From an uncultured Oscillospiraceae bacterium (GTDB lineage: Bacteria > Bacillota > Clostridia > Christensenellales > CAG-138), in contig CAYTHS010000005.1 in the NCBI GenBank assembly GCA_964437665.1, positions 1-56,071 on the forward strand: 56,071 bases of DNA, in the 5' to 3' direction. A program made the translations under genes and the position numbers. Shown one piece after another: positions 49,180 through 56,071 of this stretch; the stretch's first letter is position 1, and every line of letters starts with the position of its first letter. The notes beneath the pieces were generated by a model. That model was not told the origin of the DNA. It did not search any database and was given only the letters and a program-made list of their open reading frames with translations.

Positions 49180-51624
49180 TCAATCATATAAATATTCCAC
49201 CGTCCCGGAATAAACCCGCGGGTCGTCTTCCGCCGGGACCAGTTCGGAATACCCCCAGAGCAGCTGGTCGGGTACCCTTCGGTAATGCTTTTCGGAGCGC
49301 AGGTTGAGATATTCGCCCATAAACACCATCGTCGCCGAAGCGCCGCCGTCGAGATTGTAGGCCATCACACAGTTTTCGTCCTTGAAAATCTGTGCGTATT
49401 CCGAAAGAATCACGCCGTGACTGTAGCCGGACAGCCGGCCGTCCACAACGATTGCCACAAAGTGCCCCGGTTCGACAAGTCCCAGCCCGGCGCGCGGATT
49501 CCGCCAGCCGACACGGTCCTCGTCCACATTTTCGCAGAGCTCTCCGTCGATAATCAGCGCCGGGCCAAACGCGTAGGTCGTCTGCGCGCCGTCCTCAATT
49601 TCATTAAGCATGGTACGATCTTCCTTTTGGTAAATGCGCATGGAAAGGTCGTCCGTAAGCACCATTACCGGGACTGCGGTCATAGAGCGGAACACCCGTC
49701 CGTCGCGGATGAACAACCCGCGGTTATATTCGCTGTGCATGAGGTTATCGCCCGTTATGCCAAGCACTGCGCGGTAGCGGCGCGCCATGGTGCAAGCGTC
49801 CAGCGGGTCCCTGCCATTCTGCCGCGCGGACCCAAACCCCGAACGGTAAGCGTCCACGTCCCGCATATAAATATGCGCCACAAAATAGACCAGCGGAGGA
49901 TCGGTTTTCGTGACCCTTCGTATTTCAATGCCCAGCGTATCGCTGTGATATTCATAAATGCCGTTGTCCGCGTCAAACACAACCACTTCCTCCGGATCGT
50001 CCTCCTGGCGGAAATGCCCGGTAAACGGGTGCGGCGTCGGCGTAGCCTCCACAACAGCGGTCGGTTCCGGCGCGGCCGTGTCCGTAGCTGCCGGGGTCGG
50101 AGTTTGTTCCGCTTCGATTTCGTCCGGGGAAAAAAGCGTTCGTACCACCAGCGCCGTGCCGGCAAGCAGCAGAAGCACGGCGGCGCATGCGCAGAGGATC
50201 CGAATCGCTTTCTTTTTTTCTTCTTTCCGGCGAAGCGAGAAGTAGCAGCCGGCAAGCGCGGTACCAAGCACGAGCAGGCTGACGCCGACCGGCAATACAA
50301 ACGCGCTGAAATCCAGTTCTTCCGCAGCGGTTTCCGCCTCAGGCGTCGCGGTCGGCTCCGCGGTTGGTTCCGGCGTGGCAGTTGGTTCCGGTGAAACGGT
50401 CGCAAGCGGCTCCGTTTCCGCAGCCGTGCTTTCCAGCAGCGAAAGCAGTCTCTCTGCGCTCTCCTCTTCCGAAACGCCCGCGCTTTCCGGGTATGTCCGA
50501 ATAAAATACGGCGTATCTGAAACATCCGCGTGATATACCTGCAGGAACGTATACCGATCAAAGCAGGCCTGCGCCAGTTCCACCGCGCTCAGGCCATCAT
50601 ATCCGCCCAGAGCGGCGCTCGTATCGTACAGCGGCGCGGTTCCCTGCAGAGCATGCTGATAAACCGCCGAAACCTGCCAGGGTCCATACTTCGTCAGGCT
50701 TTCATAATCCTTGGTTTCGCTGGCCGCCTGCGTTACGGCAAGCAGGACGTGCAGGGCGGTCATCGCATGCGTGCAGTCCCCGTTTTCTCCGTCGTCGGCA
50801 TGCGTAACCAGCGTTTCGGGCCGGTACCGGCGCAACAGACGCAGCATATAGGTCGAAATCTCCTGCTTATCGATCACGGCATACATCCCAGTGTTATCCG
50901 TATAGCTCCGGAAATACTGGAATCCCGCAAAGATCGGCTGCGTACGCGAACCAAGCGCATATTGCATCTCGATTGTCTGCTGCTGCGCGGTGCGGCTGCG
51001 CGCCATAATAAACACGCAAGCCACATCTTCACTGCTGCAGAACGGCAGCAGGCTGCCGAAATTGTAGGCCTCGTCGCCCGTGTGCGTCATAACGAGCATG
51101 ACCTTCGGCTGCGCTTTCTGCGCGGTCATAATACAGAGCGCCTCGGGCGGCGTTTCGGCGTCGTACACGCCCAGTTCCGAGACGGCAAACGCACGTTCGC
51201 CGGAAATGCGGACGGAAGCGCAATTTCCCGGCAGTGCATAATATCCGTTCAGCAGGTCCGGATTTACAGCCGCGGCCCGCAAAACATTTCCGATTTCATC
51301 CAGCGATTCCACAATGCAGGATTCCGGCGCGGTATACCAGGCTATGTACAGCCCCGCCGCGCCGTCCGGCACGTCGAGGGTAAGCATCTGTTTTGCCGTA
51401 AAGGATACCCGCGAATCATACCGCCCGTCGGTGAACCGCGAAACAAATCCGGCGGAATTCTCCGGCAGATAAATTGTGCATTCCTCCGTCAGGTCCCTGG
51501 CGTCCGCCGCGGAATCCGCCTTCGCTTCACGGACGCAAAGCGGCTGGACCAGCAAAGAAATCGCCAGTACGGCTAGCAGAACGCCCTTCCCCAAATTGGA
51601 TATCCGAACGTTTTTTTTATCCAT
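49180..51624 (-). CDS. Secreted PIG-L-like domain / TM hairpin / phosphodiester glycosidase (NAGPA) fusion
   Basis: Signal peptide; VMTHTGDE..RRYRPETLVTH (PIG-L-like); two TM helices between Pro/Thr linkers; NPRAGLG, IVVDGR and AYNLDGGAS. Confidence 0.8.
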   Translation of the reverse strand: MDKKNVRISNLGKGVLLAVLAISLLVQPLCVREAKADSAADARDLTEECTIYLPENSAGFVSRFTDGRYDSRVSFTAKQMLTLDVPDGAAGLYIAWYTAPESCIVESLDEIGNVLRAAAVNPDLLNGYYALPGNCASVRISGERAFAVSELGVYDAETPPEALCIMTAQKAQPKVMLVMTHTGDEAYNFGSLLPFCSSEDVACVFIMARSRTAQQQTIEMQYALGSRTQPIFAGFQYFRSYTDNTGMYAVIDKQEISTYMLRLLRRYRPETLVTHADDGENGDCTHAMTALHVLLAVTQAASETKDYESLTKYGPWQVSAVYQHALQGTAPLYDTSAALGGYDGLSAVELAQACFDRYTFLQVYHADVSDTPYFIRTYPESAGVSEEESAERLLSLLESTAAETEPLATVSPEPTATPEPTAEPTATPEAETAAEELDFSAFVLPVGVSLLVLGTALAGCYFSLRRKEEKKKAIRILCACAAVLLLLAGTALVVRTLFSPDEIEAEQTPTPAATDTAAPEPTAVVEATPTPHPFTGHFRQEDDPEEVVVFDADNGIYEYHSDTLGIEIRRVTKTDPPLVYFVAHIYMRDVDAYRSGFGSARQNGRDPLDACTMARRYRAVLGITGDNLMHSEYNRGLFIRDGRVFRSMTAVPVMVLTDDLSMRIYQKEDRTMLNEIEDGAQTTYAFGPALIIDGELCENVDEDRVGWRNPRAGLGLVEPGHFVAIVVDGRLSGYSHGVILSEYAQIFKDENCVMAYNLDGGASATMVFMGEYLNLRSEKHYRRVPDQLLWGYSELVPAEDDPRVYSGTVEYLYD

Positions 51625-51780
51625 CCCGGCGAACTCCTATCGTTTTCATGACTTGCATTTATTTCCTCCATACCGCCGCAAATCACGGCGGTATGCAACT
51701 CGGTTCATTATAGTAAATCCACTTTTCGGCTGTCAAGAAAGCCTCTGGCCGTGCCGGGACACCCGCCAGGCCGGATTCTC

Positions 51781-53526
51781 TTATTTGGCGATATATACGT
51801 CGTTTTCAAGCGGATCGTCCTTAGTCGGGACCAAATCGGATTTCCCCCAGAGCAGCATGTCCGGCAGTCTTCGCTGCCCGGGCGCACCGCCTTCCAGTTC
51901 CCGGTGCGCATTCAGGTATTCGCCCATGAATACCATAGCCGCCGAGCTGCCTCCGTCAAGGTTATAGGCCTGCTTGCAGCCAAGCGAATAAAACAGGTGC
52001 ATAAACGTATTAAGCGTGACGCCATGGCTGTACGCCGCAATCCGTCCGTCTACCGCAATCACGACGAAATGGCCGGGCTCGATCATGCCGACGCCAATGC
52101 GCGGATTGCGTCCGGTTATTTTATGACGCGTGGCGTTAAAATTGACCTCGCCGTCCCGCAGCAGCGTCGGCCCGAACGAAAACGCGTTCGTAACGCCCAT
52201 TTCGAGCAGTTCCTCCGCGGTTGTCTCGCCGGGCGAGAAGATTTGCATCGAAAGCCCCGGCATCAGCGCCATCGTATCCGCCGCCGTACGCTGGTTATAG
52301 ACTTTTCCATTGCGTATGATAATGCCTTTATATTCCGGTTCGTTTACGCTCAGATTGTCGCCCGTTACGGCAAGTACCGCCTGATACCTGCGCGCCATTT
52401 CGTATGGGATTTCGTTGGACTCCGTTCCGCCCTCTTCACCGCGCACCGCCGCGCGGAACGCGTCCTCTTCGCGCATACGCACGTGCGCCACAGAGTAGCA
52501 GATCGGCCTGTCTTCCGCGTCGAGTATATGGATGCGGTCTATTATGATGGAAAGCGTATCGGTTCGATACTCCCAGTGTTCGTTGTCCCAGTCTTCAATC
52601 ACGACTTCTTCGGGGTCGTCCGCCGCGCGGAAATAGGAGTCCTCGTCCACTTCAGGCAGCGCCGGCGCGTCCGCCGAAAGCGTGCCGGACGCAAGCACGC
52701 CGAACGCATCCGGTCCGTTCAAGCGGCTCTGATTCAGTCCGTAAAAGAAGTCGTTATCCTCCGGTAGCACACGCAAATCCGGGTCGGAATCAATCAATCC
52801 GTATTCCGCGCGGCTGTATACGGGATCGTCCACGTCGAGCGGATAACGGTATTCTTCCGAAAACGACTCGTAAAGGTCTTCCTCAATCTCGATGGCCGTC
52901 CTGCCGCCGAATGCGGCAAGCGGCGTATTCCGGTCGATCGACACTTGTTCCCCTTTTTCATAGTAGTGCAGAAACAATCGGAGCGTCTGCCAAACGCCGT
53001 ATTTTTCCAGCGACGCCCTGTTGGAACGCGTGCTGGCCGCGTCCTGCACCGCTCGCTGAACATACCGCGACGTCAGCCGGTGCGCGGCATGCCCGTATTC
53101 GCCGTTCAGATCGTGGGAAACGACGACCGCCGGACGATACTTCCTTATGGTTTCCGTCAGGAATCCGATGGCTTCGGATTTTCCCCAAAGCTCTTCCAGC
53201 ACGTAAGTATCGGCCGAATAAACATCGGAAAACCCACCGAACACAGGTTCCTCGGTTACACCGAGTTTTTTCAGTGAAACACGCGCCTGTTCGCGCTGCG
53301 TTTCGTCCGTGCTGCTCATATATACGACAACGGCGGTATATCCCAATTCGGAAACATAATACGGGAGCACGCCGCCCAGATAGAGATATTCATCTCCCGG
53401 ATGTGCAACAATCAGCATCAAATCGACACCGGCTTGTTCAACTTCAATATCAGGTTTGGCATCCTGTACGGCGCCCTGTCCGCCAAACATCAACATAGCG
53501 GCTAAAAAGAAGCAGAGTTTTTTCAT
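51781..53526 (-). CDS. Secreted PIG-L-like deacetylase / phosphodiester glycosidase (NAGPA) fusion
   Basis: IVAHPGDE, RKYRP.VVVSHDLNGEYGHAAH; SFGP.LLRDG, NPRIGVG, IAVDGR and AYNLDGGSS. Confidence 0.83.
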   Translation of the reverse strand: MKKLCFFLAAMLMFGGQGAVQDAKPDIEVEQAGVDLMLIVAHPGDEYLYLGGVLPYYVSELGYTAVVVYMSSTDETQREQARVSLKKLGVTEEPVFGGFSDVYSADTYVLEELWGKSEAIGFLTETIRKYRPAVVVSHDLNGEYGHAAHRLTSRYVQRAVQDAASTRSNRASLEKYGVWQTLRLFLHYYEKGEQVSIDRNTPLAAFGGRTAIEIEEDLYESFSEEYRYPLDVDDPVYSRAEYGLIDSDPDLRVLPEDNDFFYGLNQSRLNGPDAFGVLASGTLSADAPALPEVDEDSYFRAADDPEEVVIEDWDNEHWEYRTDTLSIIIDRIHILDAEDRPICYSVAHVRMREEDAFRAAVRGEEGGTESNEIPYEMARRYQAVLAVTGDNLSVNEPEYKGIIIRNGKVYNQRTAADTMALMPGLSMQIFSPGETTAEELLEMGVTNAFSFGPTLLRDGEVNFNATRHKITGRNPRIGVGMIEPGHFVVIAVDGRIAAYSHGVTLNTFMHLFYSLGCKQAYNLDGGSSAAMVFMGEYLNAHRELEGGAPGQRRLPDMLLWGKSDLVPTKDDPLENDVYIAK

Positions 53527-53746
53527 AATATTGCAATACGTCCTTTCGGGCTGCACGGGAAACGCCGTGATTCTTTCCCATGACGGATTTTACCCCCCTG
53601 AGCGCCGCACGTTCCGCACGGGACCTCTCTCTGTCGGGTCCCGGCGCGCATCGGCGCGGCAGCTTTCCTAGATTGTATTACCCGGCGGCATGCCGCGTCA
53701 ACGCCGAATCGCATAAATTACGTCAACGCCGTCTTTACATATAAAG

Positions 53747-53770
53747 CCCCGCGGTCATACGCCGCGGGGG
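53747..53770. terminator. GC hairpin downstream of the small membrane gene
   Basis: ccccgcgg-tcatacg-ccgcgggg. Confidence 0.45.
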
Positions 53771-53818
53771 AAAGACGGCTGATTTGCGCGTTGCCAAGCG
53801 GCGGCGCAGTATGGCCCC

Positions 53819-54058
53819 CTATACAGGGGGCTGCTCTTCGTCGGCGTTCTGCGTTTTTTCGTTCAGCAGGTCCCGCAGATCGAGCACGGCCATAATCAGG
53901 GCTGCCACGGCAAACGCCGCAAGCGCAATCTGTGCGAGCGCCCCCTCCAGGACCGCCAGCATCGGCAGCGCTATTCCCAGCGCAAGCAGCAGTAGAAAAA
54001 ACACTGCAAAAACAATCACGATATTGATCACAATCAATCGGAAAACCTTACCCTTCAT
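53819..54058 (-). CDS. Small two-TM membrane protein
   Basis: 79 aa hydrophobic ORF starting MKGKV, overlapping the upstream gene end, RBS GGAG. Confidence 0.65.
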   Translation of the reverse strand: MKGKVFRLIVINIVIVFAVFFLLLLALGIALPMLAVLEGALAQIALAAFAVAALIMAVLDLRDLLNEKTQNADEEQPPV

Positions 54059-55097
54059 CGTTCTCCATCTCCTCCGTCGCCCCACTGAATAAATCCTCCA
54101 AATAAAGGATATCACCTGCGCGCCGCCCTCCATTGGGCGGCTGATTCACCTTTTCATTGCCGTAAACCATAGCCGCCGTCATCCCTCCGTCAAGGTTATA
54201 CGCCGCTTTCAAGCCGAGGTCCTCGCAGAACTCCGAAAGTTCGGTAAGCGTCATCCCGACGGAATAATATTTCTGCCTGCCGTCGGCGATAATAAAGCAA
54301 TAATGACCCGGTTCGTAATATCCGATTGCGCATCTCGGATTCAGCCGGCTCAGCCTGTGATTGATCTCCATCGCTTTGCCGTCTTCAAGAAGCGGCGGGC
54401 CGAAGCTCCAGGTCTGCCATGCATTGTCTGCCATGAGTTCTTCCGCCGTCACCTCGCCGTGGCCGTAAGTTATGAGTTCTCCGGTCGCCAGCAGCACACA
54501 AAGATCGTCGTAATACTCGTTTCGCAGCAACTCGCCGTTGCGGATGATGATTCCGCTCGAACGCACGGTGCAGTAGTCGCCGGAAACCGCAAAGATTGCA
54601 CCGTTTGCCTGCGCCATTTCCACAATATCCTGAAACCTTGAGCTTCCGGATTCGTACCCCCTGTTTGCAAACGCTGTTTTCAGCAGATGGATATCCCGGA
54701 CATATACATCCGCTACAAAAACGACGCATTCTCCGACCACCGTTTCATAGACGGCGATGCGGTATTGATCGGTCTGGCAGGTATAGTCCGCGTTGGTTCC
54801 CGTATCATAGTCCGGAAACGTCGCCGAGAAGTCGCCCGGAGCAGGCGTAGGACTCGGCGTCGGCGACAGCGTGGGCGTGGCGGTCGGCAAAGGGCTTGGC
54901 GTCGGAATAGGCGTCGGCGACGGCGTCTCGCTCGCCGCCGGCATAATAAATGCGGAGACGGCGGCTGCTGCTTTTTCAAGCTTCCCGGAAGGGAGCCAAT
55001 CGTACACCGCCAGAAACGCAGTCGCCAGAAGCAACACGGCGGCAATGTCGATCGCGACAATCCGGCCGGCGTGCGGCGTGGTATTCTTCTTGCGCAT
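54048..55097 (-). CDS. Membrane-anchored phosphodiester glycosidase (NAGPA family)
   Basis: N-terminal TM helix, PT-repeat linker, SFGPPLL.DG, NPRCAIG, IADGR and AYNLDGG. Confidence 0.87.
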   Translation of the reverse strand: MRKKNTTPHAGRIVAIDIAAVLLLATAFLAVYDWLPSGKLEKAAAAVSAFIMPAASETPSPTPIPTPSPLPTATPTLSPTPSPTPAPGDFSATFPDYDTGTNADYTCQTDQYRIAVYETVVGECVVFVADVYVRDIHLLKTAFANRGYESGSSRFQDIVEMAQANGAIFAVSGDYCTVRSSGIIIRNGELLRNEYYDDLCVLLATGELITYGHGEVTAEELMADNAWQTWSFGPPLLEDGKAMEINHRLSRLNPRCAIGYYEPGHYCFIIADGRQKYYSVGMTLTELSEFCEDLGLKAAYNLDGGMTAAMVYGNEKVNQPPNGGRRAGDILYLEDLFSGATEEMENDEG

Positions 55098-55286
55098 ATC
55101 CTTATCCTCCGTTGCAAGCGTGCCCAGCATCGTTTTTCTGCGGAGCAATGCGAAATCCCGCTTCATAGAAATGTTGCAAATCAAAGCTGTTTCCCTGGTA
55201 TTTTAACGCTTTAATAAGCCGCCGCCATATAGATTCGGATCGATTATTCCGCAGCTTACCTGTACGCGCCGGCTTTTACATTTTCA

Positions 55287-56069
55287 TCACAGTAATCCGA
55301 GCATCGTTTTTGCGGACTCGCAAAGCTCGCCTTCCGGTTCCAGCCGTATGACCATCTCAAAATCGCTTTTCGCCAGATCGTAATCCTGCCGCTCCACCGC
55401 GCATACGCCGCGGTTGAAGTAACTGTTCGGCAGAAGCTCGGCCACATCGCGTTCGATCACCTCGGTAAAATCCGCGATCGCCGCAGGCATGTCTCCGTTT
55501 ACCATGTAACACGCGCCGCGGTAATAATAAACGTCGTCCATGTCCACCCCCAGCTCGATAGCCCGGCTGAAAAGGTCGGCGGCTTCCGGATAACTCCCCA
55601 GATTCATCTGCGAAAGCCCCATATAGTAGTACAGCGATTCATAAGAAAAATTGTCCGACCCTTCGGCAATCGCGCGCGCACCGTAGCCGAGTACCCGCTC
55701 GTAATCCTGCAGCAGGTAGCTCGCCAGCGCACATTGCGCAAGGCATGCGCTTTGATCGGCATAACCCGCATTCTTGGCGTTGAGGAAATCCGCGATTGCG
55801 GCTTCATAATACCCGGCCATCAGCTTCGCCGATGCACGCTGCATATAGACCGCGCCCTCCGAATCGCCGCCGGCCGCAAGCGCCGCGTCATACTGTGCAA
55901 TCGCTTCATCGTACTCTTCCATTTGCAGGTATGTCCCGGCCAGCGTCAGACGCGTATCGCCGTCTTCCGGCTGCAGGCGCAGATATTCCTCAAGCATCTG
56001 CGCGGCCGTTCCCGCATCGCCTTTTTCGCTGTAAATCTGCGCTTCGACGAGCAGTTTTTCGCTTTGATA
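55287..56069 (-). CDS. Tetratricopeptide-repeat protein (5' part outside the window)
   Basis: Multiple TPR units (EAIAQYDAAL, AAIADF, YYYRG..AIADFT, YFNRG); frame open to the window edge. Confidence 0.85.
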   Translation of the reverse strand, partial: YQSEKLLVEAQIYSEKGDAGTAAQMLEEYLRLQPEDGDTRLTLAGTYLQMEEYDEAIAQYDAALAAGGDSEGAVYMQRASAKLMAGYYEAAIADFLNAKNAGYADQSACLAQCALASYLLQDYERVLGYGARAIAEGSDNFSYESLYYYMGLSQMNLGSYPEAADLFSRAIELGVDMDDVYYYRGACYMVNGDMPAAIADFTEVIERDVAELLPNSYFNRGVCAVERQDYDLAKSDFEMVIRLEPEGELCESAKTMLGLL

Positions 56070-56071
56070 CG

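Noticed and set aside
53552-53572. TGCA(C)GGGAAACGCCG..GATT similarity to the ECF upstream region (about 24875-24898)
   Set aside because: It is in the opposite orientation relative to the downstream gene and is short; probably coincidental.
54836-54930. Short tandem DNA repeats here and at 50340-50400
   Set aside because: They encode ordinary Pro/Thr linkers.

Overview
A 56 kb, roughly 58% GC chromosomal window from an anaerobic Clostridia-like Firmicute; the taxonomy is inferred from gene content and promoter style. It is mostly housekeeping and metabolic, and I see no CRISPR array, rRNA, tRNA, prophage or intact transposase. From left to right it holds: an AraC regulator; a FecCD-type ABC importer operon with xdhC and an NTPase; RluA, thioredoxin and MgtC genes; a divergent nitrogen-assimilation locus (GSIII-asnB on the minus strand; split glutamate synthase, a GSI-like protein and an ANTAR protein on the plus strand); an ECF sigma/anti-sigma pair; NusG-II/Gx/ApbE genes followed by a multi-domain flavodiiron protein; ychF, gltX, glnS, cca, nfnAB and pepF; an SOS-boxed dinB with a small partner gene; and rsmF. 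The right end is a surface-glycan cluster (TPR protein, three NAGPA-type phosphodiester glycosidases of which two are fused to PIG-L-like domains, an LRR lipoprotein and a GT14). The best candidates for under-described biology are (1) an apparently degenerate GSI paired with a kinase-less pseudo-receiver ANTAR protein, with ANTAR-type hairpin/terminator leaders on both divergent nitrogen operons, and (2) the PIG-L/NAGPA/GT14 GlcNAc cluster. Three families of small non-coding repeats or MITE-like elements occupy intergenic regions. All family assignments come from motif recognition by eye; no searches were run.
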